From assembly GCA_964526325.1 (NCBI GenBank), contig CAZGKM010000002.1, positions 14,725-78,724 of the forward strand: a DNA stretch of 64,000 bases. The letters are read 5' to 3'. The position numbers were made by a program, and so were the translations under genes. Source of the DNA: an uncultured Gammaproteobacteria bacterium. Lineage in GTDB: Bacteria; Patescibacteriota; Patescibacteriia; Patescibacteriales; GWC2-42-12. Below the pieces are notes generated by a model that made no database searches, was not told where the DNA came from, and saw only the letters and a program-made list of their open reading frames with translations. This document shows positions 45,967-56,075 of the stretch, piece by piece. Position 1 is the first letter of the stretch, and each line of letters starts with the position of its first letter.

Positions 45967-46518
45967 ATGCTCAAAGTCATAATAGGCTTGGGAAACCCGG
46001 GCGAACAATATAAATTAACCAGACATAATGCCGGATTTATGGCGGTTGACGCTTTAGCCGAGCGTCTCGGCCTAGTATGGGAAACTAATAAAAAATTCAA
46101 AGCTGAAACGGCCAAGGGTCAAAATCTCATATTAATAAAACCGCAGGATTTTATGAATAACTCCGGCTTCTCGGTCAGCGCTGTTTTTCAATATTATAAA
46201 TTACTGCCAAAAAAATTAGGTATAATAAAAATTAAAAATGCCGATTTATCGAATACTTTAACCGTTATTCATGATGATTTAGATATTGAACTTGGCAAAT
46301 ATAAAATTTCCGTAGATTCAAGAAGCGCCGGACATCGGGGCGTTGAATCAATAATCAACCATTTAAAAACCAAAAATTTCAAACGCATTAGAATCGGCAT
46401 TAAAACGCCGCATTTAGAAAAAATTCCGGCTGATAAATTTGTTTTGCAAAAATTAAATGATGAAGAAAAAAATATAATTCACCGATTAATACTAAAAATA
46501 ATTAGTGAAATAAAATAA
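45967..46518 (+). CDS. pth: peptidyl-tRNA hydrolase
   Basis: MLKVIIGLGNPGEQYKLTRHNAGF… is the classic Pth N-terminus. Confidence 0.85.
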   Translation: MLKVIIGLGNPGEQYKLTRHNAGFMAVDALAERLGLVWETNKKFKAETAKGQNLILIKPQDFMNNSGFSVSAVFQYYKLLPKKLGIIKIKNADLSNTLTVIHDDLDIELGKYKISVDSRSAGHRGVESIINHLKTKNFKRIRIGIKTPHLEKIPADKFVLQKLNDEEKNIIHRLILKIISEIK

Positions 46519-46523
46519 ACAAA

Positions 46524-46556
46524 AAATATCCGGAATTAACCGGATATTTTATATTA
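46524..46556 (+). terminator. rho-independent terminator after pth
   Basis: aatatccgg-aattaa-ccggatatt followed by a T-rich tract. Confidence 0.6.
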
Positions 46557-46967
46557 TTCACAATTCTGCCTAGAAGCCTAGGGATAACCCCGATTTAAGG
46601 CTCCGGCCAAACCAGGAGGGAGGTTTAACTTTCGCCGCTCCTAGACAAAATTCTAAATAATATCTGTCGAGTCTGTATAAAATATGTTATCATGAAAAAA
46701 GATAATTGCCAAAAAATTTGATAGTAATAAAATAGCGCCCAATATGCTACTTGCTTAGAAGGGATGCAAAATTTATAAATAATTAAGGAGGAAAACTATT
46801 TATTAATTAGGCCCTTAAGCAAGTAACAGACTGAACGCTATCAATATAAAAAAATTAAATATCATAGTATATTATCACAAATAAACCTTCGTGTCAAGGC
46901 TTAAACGCCTAACTGGTTTCTACTGATAAATTATATATTTTAAGCAATATAAAACAAAATTATAAAT

Positions 46968-48059
46968 ATGAACGATCTTAAATATTGGCTGGCCTTAAGC
47001 CATTTTTATAAATTTGGCCCGGCTAAATTTAAAAAATTGAAAAATTATTTTTCCGATATACCCAGCGCCTATAAAGCTTCGCAAAAGGATTATGTTCGAG
47101 CCGGCATTGAAGAAAAAGTAGCTGAAGAATTCATGATTTATAAGCATCAGGTCGAGCCGGAAAAATTATTGGAAAATTTATACAAAGAAAAATTAAATGC
47201 TTTGACTATAGAAGACCCATCTTACCCGAAGCTTTTAAAACAAATTTACGACCCGCCTTTTATTCTGTATTACAGCGGTTCGCTAGAAGCTTTTAACGGA
47301 TTCCTTTTAGCCGTGGTAGGCGCCAGAAAATATAGCGCTTACGGAGCGCAAGTTACGGAAAAATTAGTCAGAGAGCTGGCTTTTAATAAACTAACTATTG
47401 TTAGCGGCCTGGCTTTAGGCATAGATACTTTGGCTCATTCGGCCGCCATAGGGGCAAACGGAAAAACCATAGCGGTTTTAGGTTCAGGCTTGGATAAACA
47501 AAATATTTATCCTTCACAAAACCGCTACTTGGCTGATAAAATTCAAGCTCACGGCGGACTGATTTTATCGGAATATCCTATCGGCACCATGCCTTTGAAG
47601 CATCATTTTCCGCAGCGAAACCGCATAATTTCCGGTTTATCCAGCGCTACTTTAGTGATAGAGGCCGGTGAAAAATCGGGCGCGCTTATTACGGCTTTTC
47701 ATGCCTTAGAGCAAAACCGAGAAGTATTCGCCGTGCCCGGGAGTATTTATTCCGGCTCCTCGGAAGGCACCAACCGTTTAATCACTATGGGAGCTAAGCT
47801 TGTAGCCGGCGTCAAAGATATTATTGAAACTCTTAATTTAGCGGAGGCGGCTTCCTATATTGAAAATAAAAAAATAATTCCAGAAACAGCCGAAGAGGAA
47901 TTAATTTTCGCCCACCTGTCTTACGAACCGGTGCATATTGACGAACTTAAGCAATTGACAAAACTTGACACATCAATTATAAATAGTACACTTACTATCA
48001 TGGAAATGAAAGGAATGGTAAAAAATCTAGGCAATATGCAATATGTGTTAGCGCGATAA
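46968..48059 (+). CDS. dprA: DNA processing protein DprA (Smf)
   Basis: Rossmann-like DprA core (…AVVGARKYSAYG…IVSGLALGIDTLAH…) plus a C-terminal DML1-like winged helix. Confidence 0.8.
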   Translation: MNDLKYWLALSHFYKFGPAKFKKLKNYFSDIPSAYKASQKDYVRAGIEEKVAEEFMIYKHQVEPEKLLENLYKEKLNALTIEDPSYPKLLKQIYDPPFILYYSGSLEAFNGFLLAVVGARKYSAYGAQVTEKLVRELAFNKLTIVSGLALGIDTLAHSAAIGANGKTIAVLGSGLDKQNIYPSQNRYLADKIQAHGGLILSEYPIGTMPLKHHFPQRNRIISGLSSATLVIEAGEKSGALITAFHALEQNREVFAVPGSIYSGSSEGTNRLITMGAKLVAGVKDIIETLNLAEAASYIENKKIIPETAEEELIFAHLSYEPVHIDELKQLTKLDTSIINSTLTIMEMKGMVKNLGNMQYVLAR

Positions 48060-48100
48060 TTTTCAATTGAAAATTTATTTTTTTATAACTTTATAAATTC

Positions 48101-50326
48101 ATGAAACTCGTAATTGTCGAATCTCCAACCAAAGCAAAAACTATAGCTAAATTTTTAGGCTCTGATTTTAATATTGAGTCTTCTTTCGGCCATATTCGCG
48201 ATCTTCCCGTGAGTAAAATGGGCATTGATATTGAACATGGCTTTGAACCTAATTATGTCGTGCCGGTAAAAGCTAAAAAAAATCTTAAAAAACTCCAGGA
48301 ATTAGCTAAAAAATCAGATAAAATTATCTTGGCTACCGACGAAGACCGCGAAGGCGAAGCTATTGCCTGGCATTTAGTTGAAGCTCTTAAGGTTGATCTT
48401 GAAAATACTGACCGCATTGTCTTCCATGAAATCACTAAATCGGCGATTGAGCAAGCCTTGGAAAATCCGAGAAAAATTGATATGAAGCTGGTTAATGCCC
48501 AGCAAGCCAGAAGAATTCTTGACCGGCTGGTCGGCTACGAGCTATCCCCTTTCTTATGGAAAAAAGTGGCTAAAGGTTTGTCGGCCGGACGCGTGCAATC
48601 GGTGGCGGTTCGTTTAATCGTTGAACGGGAACGAGAAATAAAAAAATTTATTACCGAGGAATACTGGTCGGTTTCGGCCAAACTGCAAAATACCGAACAT
48701 CTGCCGTTTTTAGCCAGACTGAATAAAATTGATAATAAGACTATCAATAAGCTGGAAATTAAAAACGAGGAGCAGGCAAAAAAAATATTATCCGAGCTAA
48801 ACGGCGCCGAATATATAGTGGCAAATTTAGAAAAAAAACAAACTAAAAAACAGCCCCCTAAGCCTTTTACTACTTCAACTCTGCAGCAAACCGCCAACCG
48901 TTGGCTCGGTTTCTCGGCCAAACAAACTATGATGGTGGCGCAGCAGCTTTATGAAATGGGTTTTATAACTTACATGAGAACTGATTCTCTGAATTTAGCG
49001 GATAAATTTTTGCATGATGCGGCCAAGTATTTAACCGCTAATTTAGGCGCTACTTACGCACTTTCGTCGCCGCGACGCTTTAAAACCAAATCCAAAAGCG
49101 CCCAAGAAGCGCATGAAGCCATTCGGCCATCCGAAGCCTCGCGCACTCCGGAATCGGTTGAGAGTGATTTAAATCCTAATCAAAATAAATTATACAAATT
49201 AATCTGGCAAAGAGCTTTAGCCTCGCAGATGAGCGAAGCTATAGTTGATGCTACGGTAGTTGATATTGACGCCGGAAATACGCCCTACCAATTCCGAGCC
49301 AACGGCCAAATTTTAAAATTCAACGGTTATCTTAAAATCTACCCTGAAAAGAGCCAAGAGATTGAACTGCCGGAATTAAAAATAAAAGAAAAACTTGATT
49401 TAGAAGAAATAAAAAAAGAACAGCATTTTACTAAACCGCCAGCCAGATATTCTGATGCCGGTCTGGTCAAAGAACTGGAAAAATACGGCATCGGCCGGCC
49501 CTCAACCTATGCTCCGACCATAGCTACGATTGTTGACAGAAATTACGTCCAACGCGACGAGAACAAACGCTTAGGTCCGACCGATATTGCTTTTATAGTT
49601 ATTGATTTGCTGGTAGAGCACTTCCCTAAAATCGTCGATTATCAATTTACCGCCAAACTGGAAAATGACCTGGATAGAGTCGCCGACGGGAATGTTAAAT
49701 GGCAGCCGATAATTAAAGAATTTTACGAACCATTTCACGCTAATTTAGAAAATAAATACGAAATTATAAATAAAAATGATATTATGCCTGAAGAAAAATC
49801 AACCGAGGTATGCGATAAATGCGGTGCTCCCATGATCATTAAAACCGGCCGTTACGGAAAATTTTTAGCCTGCAGCGCTTTTCCTGAATGTAAAAACATT
49901 AAATCAATGCCCGGCACGGACAAAAACGGGAACGGCCAAACCGATAGCGAAGAAATCAAAGAGTTAAAAGAAAAATATAAAGGCGAAATTTGCGAAAAAT
50001 GCGGCGCGCCCATGGCGATAAAAGTCGGAAAATTCGGCCCATTTCTAGCCTGTACCGGTTACCCAAAATGCAAAAATTTAAAAAATATCAGCGGCGGAAA
50101 TAACTCGACCGGCATAACCTGCCCGGTTTGCGGTAAAGGAGAAGTTGTGCAAAAACGCAGCCGCCGCGGCATCTTTTACGCTTGCAATCAATACCCGGAT
50201 TGCAAAACCGCTTTCTGGGGAAAACCTACCGGCGAAAAATGCCCTGACTGCGATAGCCTATTAATTGAAGACGCGAAAAAGGGTGAAATTAAATGTTCCA
50301 ATAAAGACTGCGGATACATAAAATAA
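48101..50326 (+). CDS. topA: DNA topoisomerase I with C-terminal zinc-ribbon repeats
   Basis: Toprim N-terminus MKLVIVESPTKAKTIAKFLG, an active-site Tyr region, and three CxxC…C zinc ribbons at the C-terminus. Confidence 0.9.
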   Translation: MKLVIVESPTKAKTIAKFLGSDFNIESSFGHIRDLPVSKMGIDIEHGFEPNYVVPVKAKKNLKKLQELAKKSDKIILATDEDREGEAIAWHLVEALKVDLENTDRIVFHEITKSAIEQALENPRKIDMKLVNAQQARRILDRLVGYELSPFLWKKVAKGLSAGRVQSVAVRLIVEREREIKKFITEEYWSVSAKLQNTEHLPFLARLNKIDNKTINKLEIKNEEQAKKILSELNGAEYIVANLEKKQTKKQPPKPFTTSTLQQTANRWLGFSAKQTMMVAQQLYEMGFITYMRTDSLNLADKFLHDAAKYLTANLGATYALSSPRRFKTKSKSAQEAHEAIRPSEASRTPESVESDLNPNQNKLYKLIWQRALASQMSEAIVDATVVDIDAGNTPYQFRANGQILKFNGYLKIYPEKSQEIELPELKIKEKLDLEEIKKEQHFTKPPARYSDAGLVKELEKYGIGRPSTYAPTIATIVDRNYVQRDENKRLGPTDIAFIVIDLLVEHFPKIVDYQFTAKLENDLDRVADGNVKWQPIIKEFYEPFHANLENKYEIINKNDIMPEEKSTEVCDKCGAPMIIKTGRYGKFLACSAFPECKNIKSMPGTDKNGNGQTDSEEIKELKEKYKGEICEKCGAPMAIKVGKFGPFLACTGYPKCKNLKNISGGNNSTGITCPVCGKGEVVQKRSRRGIFYACNQYPDCKTAFWGKPTGEKCPDCDSLLIEDAKKGEIKCSNKDCGYIK

Positions 50327-50388
50327 ATTATTTAATTTTAAATTAAAAAAAGAAGGCCACTTGGCTTTCTTTTTATTTTTAATATATC

Positions 50389-50691
50389 TTATTCGCTCTT
50401 TTTACTACGCTTCTTTTTTTCCGCTCTATTTTTCATAATCTCAACCAATTTTTTCACTCCTTCGCCGATTAAGGGCAGATAGGAAGCGCTGTGCTCAATT
50501 TTTTCTTTTATCATTTTAACTAATTCATCAAATTTATTAAGCCGCTCGCGAGTTTCTTTAAGCACTTTAAAAAACTGCTGCAAAATTCTGGCTAAATAAT
50601 ATATCGCCCAGCAAGAAAATATGGTAAACAGTAAAACCGACAAAGCAATAATTATATTTAATAAATCGTGGCTATCATTGATCGGCGGCAT
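50389..50691 (-). CDS. hypothetical small membrane protein
   Basis: 100 aa with one TM helix and a coiled-coil tail. I recognise no family. Confidence 0.3.
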   Translation of the reverse strand: MPPINDSHDLLNIIIALSVLLFTIFSCWAIYYLARILQQFFKVLKETRERLNKFDELVKMIKEKIEHSASYLPLIGEGVKKLVEIMKNRAEKKKRSKKSE

Positions 50692-50815
50692 AAATTTATA
50701 AAATTAAAATTAATTAATAAAATATTAATTTGTCTTTCTTTGTCAAAATCGAAATCGCCGGCTAATTTAAATCAGTAACGCATTAATCCAGAGTCTACCC
50801 TATTATAACATCAAT

Positions 50816-51649
50816 TTATTTTAAACCCAATTGTTTTTTTATTTTTTCAACAATCTCTTCGGTAGTAAAATGCGCTTTAACAAGATAATCGCTCGCTCCT
50901 AAATCTAAAGCTTTTCTATTATCTTCTTCCTGGCCTAAATTAGTCAGCATGATAACCGGCACATTTTTAATCGTTTTATTACTATTGGAACGAATTGCTT
51001 TTAATACTTCGAAGCCATCCATAGCCGGTAAAATAATATCCAATAAAATAACCGCCGGATTAAATTCACTGACTTTTTTTATGGCATCTTCTCCGTTAGT
51101 CGCCACAATAACATTAAAACCTTCTTTCTTTAATTTTTTGTTGCAAAGATCGCTTAAAAACGGATCGTCTTCAACTAATAATATTTTAATACCATGGTTA
51201 ATATCTTCTTCTTTCTCGATATTTTTTTCTTTTTCGTTATTAGCCCCAGCCTGAAAATTTAAAAATTTTTTTGCTTTTTCCACAACCTCTCCGGGATTAA
51301 TCTGGGTTTTGATTATATAATCGACTGCTCCCAATTTTTTTATTTTTTCTATCTCAACATCCTGCCCGGAATTGGAAATTACAACTATCGGAATTTTATT
51401 ATCCTTTTTTTGTAAATCTTCCATAACTTCATAACCATTCATTACCGGCATAATTATATCCAGTAAAATCAAATCCGGCTGCCATTCTTCAATTTCCTTT
51501 AAACCGCTTTCCCCATTATTCTCTATTAACACATCAAATCCTTCTAATTTGAATTTTGACGCTAAAACGCTGGCTAACGCATCTTCGTCTTCAATTATTA
51601 GAATTTTTTTGTTTTCCCCGTCAAAAATTTTATTTTTTTTGGTTTGCAT
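50816..51649 (-). CDS. response regulator with two tandem receiver (REC) domains and no output domain
   Basis: KILIIEDEDAL…LILLDIIMPVMNGYEV and KILLVEDDPFL…ILLDIILPAMDGFEV. Each has the conserved Asp and a K near its end. Confidence 0.75.
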   Translation of the reverse strand: MQTKKNKIFDGENKKILIIEDEDALASVLASKFKLEGFDVLIENNGESGLKEIEEWQPDLILLDIIMPVMNGYEVMEDLQKKDNKIPIVVISNSGQDVEIEKIKKLGAVDYIIKTQINPGEVVEKAKKFLNFQAGANNEKEKNIEKEEDINHGIKILLVEDDPFLSDLCNKKLKKEGFNVIVATNGEDAIKKVSEFNPAVILLDIILPAMDGFEVLKAIRSNSNKTIKNVPVIMLTNLGQEEDNRKALDLGASDYLVKAHFTTEEIVEKIKKQLGLK

Positions 51650-51667
51650 ATAATTTTATATTATAAA

Positions 51668-53788
51668 TTATAAATTAGTTGTTTTTTTAATGGGTATATA
51701 AAAACTTATTTCCGTACCCTTGCCTTCTTCGCTTTTCAAGCTAACTTTGCCGTTATGTTTTTCAATAATATTCTTTACTAAAAATAGGCCCAATCCGGTT
51801 CCGTCAGTTTCCAATTTAATTACATTAGTCGCCCTAAAAAATTTAGAAAAAAGCTTTGGCTGATCTTCCGCCGGAATTCCGACTCCCTGATCATTAATTT
51901 TAACATGAAGATATTGTTTGTCAACTTCAATAAGCACTCGGATTTTACCATATTCCGGAGTATACTTGATTGCATTACTCAATAAATTTTGCATAACCAT
52001 AACCATTCTTTCTTTATCTAAAAATACTTTTGGCAATTTAGACGGTTTTTTGATTGTCAGCTCTTGATGATTTTTTGTTGCCAAACTTTCAACGTTGCTG
52101 ATTGCCGCGTCCAAAATTTCTTGAAAATCAGCTTTTTCAAAATTAAATCCAAATTTGCCTTCCTCAATGCGAGAAACATTTAATAAATCATTAACCAGCC
52201 TGATAATTCTTTCGTTGCTTAAATAGCCTTTATTTAATAACTCCTGCTGTTCCACGGATAACTTTCCGGCGTCACCATCCAAAATCATTTTAATCACCCA
52301 TTTAATGGCTGACAGAGGAGTTCTTAACTGATGGGCGGCAATGGAAATAAATTCAGATTTCATTTTATCAATCGCTTTTTCGCGCGTAGTATCATAAAAT
52401 ATTTTCATCGTGCCAAGCGGTTCATTATTAAGGCTTAAAACTTTAGCCGTAATTACTTTATATGTGGCTCCTCGGACATTTTCTTTTAAATTGGCGTCTT
52501 TTAAAGTAATTTCTTCGGACACAAAATGCTGATCCTTGCCTTCTTCGCTGATTTGCTTGATTTCATAATCAATTTTTATAATCGGCTTAAAATTGGACAT
52601 GCTGAATTTATCTTTCGTAGCCACCTGCCGGCCTAAATCAGCGCTGCTTAAACCAAAAATCCTGGAAGCGGCCGGATTAATCATGCTGATTTTATAATCC
52701 TTATCCAAAACAATAATCGGATCGGTAAAATTAGCGATAATGGCTAAAGTTTTATTTTCTTCTTCCTCCATCTCTCTCCTGGCCTCGGTGTTATCTTCCA
52801 ATATATTAATCAGCGCTCTTTTTGATTGATCCAGCTCCTTGATTTTAAGCTGCAATTCATCGGTTTTTTTATTTACTATTTTTTCTAAACTTAAATTCAA
52901 TTCTTCAAGTTTTTTAGCCAATTCTTCGGTTTTTTCTTCTTTCTCAATTTCTTTATTGGTTGATTTGACCAATAGATAACCGATCATTAAATAAAGTAAG
53001 AATACGATAATATTAACCGCTTTTGCCTGCATGCTCTGGGTTAAAAATATTTGAGCCAATAAGATTAAGCCGATTAAGGCCACAAGCAATTCGGTAAGAA
53101 TAACTTTAATTTCAAACAGTTTTCTTTTGATAATCGCGTAAGTGGCTAAGCCCAGCCAGACAATCGAAAAATAAACTGGAGCGTCAAGGTAAGAAAAAAA
53201 CTTTTCGGGAAAAAGAAGCGGCAGAATTCCGTAAAAAAGAAAAGAGCCAAAAAAATAAACCGCAATACCGGTTATGAAATATTTCATTTGCAATCTTTTA
53301 GCGCCGATGCTTTTACTATAAAAACTGATTAAATAATAAAATGGGATAATCAGCATCGGTAAAATAATAATTCTGGCCAGCTGGTTTAAAGGCCCGGCCG
53401 TTTCAAGGCTGATAAACGGATATTGATCGGAAACTTTATAAATTATATAAGGCGTAGTAAAAGAAACTATGGCTAAGGCCGCCGCTAAACCATGCCAAAA
53501 AATTAATTTTAATCTAAAAAAATTAGTTTTCCCTGTAAAGTAATAAATAAAAATCACATAAGAGCTAGCCGCTAAAGCGGCCAGCCAGGTAGCTTTAGTC
53601 CAAAATAATTTATTTTCAAAAAAGAACACCCCTGCCCAAGCAAAGGCGTTAATCGCTGAAAAAAAAGCCACCCAGCCTAAATAAAAAGCTTCTTTACTCT
53701 TGCCTTTTGACCAAATTAAAAAAGTAAAAATGCATTGCAAAAAAGCCGCAAGAAACAACGCAATCGGTCTAAGCTGGGCTAAATCCAT
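51668..53788 (-). CDS. sensor histidine kinase (multi-TM sensor, coiled coil, PAS-like, HisKA, HATPase_c)
   Basis: H-box ISIAAHQLRTPLSAIKW, N-box NLLSNAIKYT, G-boxes DQGVGI and GTGLGL, and a six- or seven-TM N-terminal region. Confidence 0.8.
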   Translation of the reverse strand: MDLAQLRPIALFLAAFLQCIFTFLIWSKGKSKEAFYLGWVAFFSAINAFAWAGVFFFENKLFWTKATWLAALAASSYVIFIYYFTGKTNFFRLKLIFWHGLAAALAIVSFTTPYIIYKVSDQYPFISLETAGPLNQLARIIILPMLIIPFYYLISFYSKSIGAKRLQMKYFITGIAVYFFGSFLFYGILPLLFPEKFFSYLDAPVYFSIVWLGLATYAIIKRKLFEIKVILTELLVALIGLILLAQIFLTQSMQAKAVNIIVFLLYLMIGYLLVKSTNKEIEKEEKTEELAKKLEELNLSLEKIVNKKTDELQLKIKELDQSKRALINILEDNTEARREMEEEENKTLAIIANFTDPIIVLDKDYKISMINPAASRIFGLSSADLGRQVATKDKFSMSNFKPIIKIDYEIKQISEEGKDQHFVSEEITLKDANLKENVRGATYKVITAKVLSLNNEPLGTMKIFYDTTREKAIDKMKSEFISIAAHQLRTPLSAIKWVIKMILDGDAGKLSVEQQELLNKGYLSNERIIRLVNDLLNVSRIEEGKFGFNFEKADFQEILDAAISNVESLATKNHQELTIKKPSKLPKVFLDKERMVMVMQNLLSNAIKYTPEYGKIRVLIEVDKQYLHVKINDQGVGIPAEDQPKLFSKFFRATNVIKLETDGTGLGLFLVKNIIEKHNGKVSLKSEEGKGTEISFYIPIKKTTNL

Positions 53789-53796
53789 AAAAATTA

Positions 53797-54612
53797 TTAA
53801 TTACTTCTTAATTTATTTTCCAAGCTTTTTATCTTATTCTTCAACTCTATCATTTTTAACTCTCTGCCTACGGTCTGTTTCTGAAACCTTTCCAGCTCGT
53901 CGACTTTATCGTCTAATTCCCGGTTGGCCGCGGTTAACTCCTTGCCCCGCCTGGCTAAACTTTTTGTTTGCTCATCAAGCTGCTGCATTTTTTCTTCAAA
54001 TGATTTTTCCCGCTTAAATAGCATTTTAGCGCCATAGCCGGAGAATGACCCTACTATCACATAAAAAATAGCAATGGTTATAGTTTTAGTCAAAGCTATG
54101 GACAAACTTTGAAATTCTATGGTTGTTGCGCCATAGCGGGGAATATGGCTGATAAATCCGTAATATTCCGCGATAACAAGCAAATTAATTAAAACACCGG
54201 AAGCTAAGGCAGTTAAAATTGAACCCGTTGAGCCAAAAATTAACGAAGCTGAAACTACCGTCAAAAAAAAGAAAACCATGGAAACGCTTTCAACTCCGCC
54301 GGCCGAATGCATAATGATGGTAAAAAAGACCAATTCAATAATAATTTGAGTATAACTGATAAAGGACAATAACGTTTTGGAAAAAACTTTTTCCACTCTT
54401 TTTTGCGCAAAATGCAACATTATGTTTACGGCGGAAAAAGTTACAAACAAAAAAACCATGGCGGTGAAAGAAAATTCAACATTAGATTCGCTGATAGTTT
54501 TAGTTAAAATTCCTATTAAAAGAATGCCGACCGTATAAAACCAGCGAATCTTAATAATCCACCCGTTAGTAACGATTCTTCTTTCTAAATTGACATCAAA
54601 ATTTTTTAACAT
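53797..54612 (-). CDS. membrane protein: multi-TM sensor-like domain + C-terminal coiled coil, no kinase core
   Basis: 271 aa with six or seven TM helices, then the MQQLDEQTKSLARRGKELTAANRELDDKVDELER coiled coil. It lies immediately upstream of the histidine kinase gene on the same strand. Confidence 0.35.
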   Translation of the reverse strand: MLKNFDVNLERRIVTNGWIIKIRWFYTVGILLIGILTKTISESNVEFSFTAMVFLFVTFSAVNIMLHFAQKRVEKVFSKTLLSFISYTQIIIELVFFTIIMHSAGGVESVSMVFFFLTVVSASLIFGSTGSILTALASGVLINLLVIAEYYGFISHIPRYGATTIEFQSLSIALTKTITIAIFYVIVGSFSGYGAKMLFKREKSFEEKMQQLDEQTKSLARRGKELTAANRELDDKVDELERFQKQTVGRELKMIELKNKIKSLENKLRSN

Positions 54613-54633
54613 AAATTAAAATAGCGAAAACCA

Positions 54634-55470
54634 CTAAAAATTAGCGAATAGCTTAAGCCAATCTTCAACCGATAGCTCCTGCGCCCTGATTTTCGGATTA
54701 AAGCCGGCATCGGTTATTTTATTCTCGGCTTCAGCCTGATTAATCCTTAAGCCGGACGCCAAATTATTCTTTAACATTTTTCTTTTAGCGCTAAAGCCGA
54801 ATTTTACCAGCCTAAAAAAATCTCTTTCCTTGTCCGAGCTAAGTTTTACTTTTAACTTTTTACTTTCAACTTTTAACTTAACTATAGCGCTATCGACTTC
54901 CGGCTTAGGCCAAAAACAATCCTTAGAAACTAGCTTAATTATTTCCGGTTGGGCATAAAATTGCGCCGACACGGCGAGTAAACTCATTTTGCCGGGCTTA
55001 GCCGTTATGCGCTTAGCCACTTCTTCCTGTAGCATCAGCACCATTGACTTAGGCTTTATTTCAATTTCAGATAAAAATTTTCTTAAAAAAAACGAAGTAA
55101 TATTATAAGGTAAATTTGCTACAACCTTATACCCATCTTTAGCAAAAGAGGGTAGGGAGGATTTTAATATATCATCGTTTACCACTTCAACGTTATTAAT
55201 CCCCTTGGCCACCAGCCCAATCTTCAGCACTTCGGCCAATTTATCATCAAGCTCAACGGCGATTACCCGACCGGCCTTTTGGGCCAATTTGACTGTTAAA
55301 AAACCTAAGCCCGGTCCGACTTCTAAGACCGTGTCGTTAGATGTAAGCCCGGCCGCGTCAGCAATCTGACAATAAATTTCTTCTTTTATCAAAAAATTCT
55401 GTCCTTTAGAACGCGCCGGCTTAATATCATAGAGACGGCAAAGTTCTTTGGTTTGTTCGAGTAAATCCAT
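54634..55470 (-). CDS. rsmA: 16S rRNA (adenine1518/1519-N6)-dimethyltransferase
   Basis: …KGQNFLIKEEI…VLEVGPGLGFLT…NLPYNIT… is the KsgA signature. Confidence 0.8.
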   Translation of the reverse strand: MDLLEQTKELCRLYDIKPARSKGQNFLIKEEIYCQIADAAGLTSNDTVLEVGPGLGFLTVKLAQKAGRVIAVELDDKLAEVLKIGLVAKGINNVEVVNDDILKSSLPSFAKDGYKVVANLPYNITSFFLRKFLSEIEIKPKSMVLMLQEEVAKRITAKPGKMSLLAVSAQFYAQPEIIKLVSKDCFWPKPEVDSAIVKLKVESKKLKVKLSSDKERDFFRLVKFGFSAKRKMLKNNLASGLRINQAEAENKITDAGFNPKIRAQELSVEDWLKLFANF

Positions 55471-55482
55471 TTCTTGTTTTTC

Positions 55483-55977
55483 TTATTTAATCTTATCTCT
55501 AAATCCTGCTATAATATAATTAGTAATATTTGCAATTCTGTCCAGTAAACTTGAATCGGCCTTGCCCATGCCGCAGCCGGAACAACCGCCTGGCGTTGCC
55601 AAAACTCCCTGATCCATCTCAGTCATACTCATACCTCCGGCTATAATTGAATCGCCTGGCTTATATCCGGACATTGAAGTTTGGGTCGTTGAAAACAAAG
55701 CCATTGTGCCAGAGCCGCCGGACATAGTACCGCTTATTTCAGAATATGTCGTGCAAATACCAGCGGCTTTAGTAGTACAAAGCGAACCGCCGGTACAACA
55801 ACCGCCATTGCATGAAATAGTGCAAAAAATTTGTTTTGTGCTTGTTAAGCCAAGCTGATATGCATAACCGCCGGCAGCTTGCACGGCTTTCTGCCAGCGC
55901 ACTTTTGGTAAATAAAAATAATACCCGCTCACTAAAACAATTACTATTAATAATAAAGTTAAAAATAATTTCTTCAT
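55483..55977 (-). CDS. small secreted/anchored Cys- and Gly/Ser/Thr-rich protein
   Basis: N-terminal hydrophobic anchor followed by CTISCNGGCCTGGSLCTTKAAGICTT…PGGCSGCGMG. I recognise no family. Confidence 0.35.
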   Translation of the reverse strand: MKKLFLTLLLIVIVLVSGYYFYLPKVRWQKAVQAAGGYAYQLGLTSTKQIFCTISCNGGCCTGGSLCTTKAAGICTTYSEISGTMSGGSGTMALFSTTQTSMSGYKPGDSIIAGGMSMTEMDQGVLATPGGCSGCGMGKADSSLLDRIANITNYIIAGFRDKIK

Positions 55978-56075
55978 AGTAACTTTATTATACCATTTTT
56001 TTATAAAATATTCACCCCATTAGAAATTAATCTATATTAACGGTTTGCAAATTACGCTTATATCTATATAACTTT

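Noticed and set aside
48253-48921. Minus-strand ORFs of 60 and 128 aa
   Set aside because: They lie antisense inside topA.
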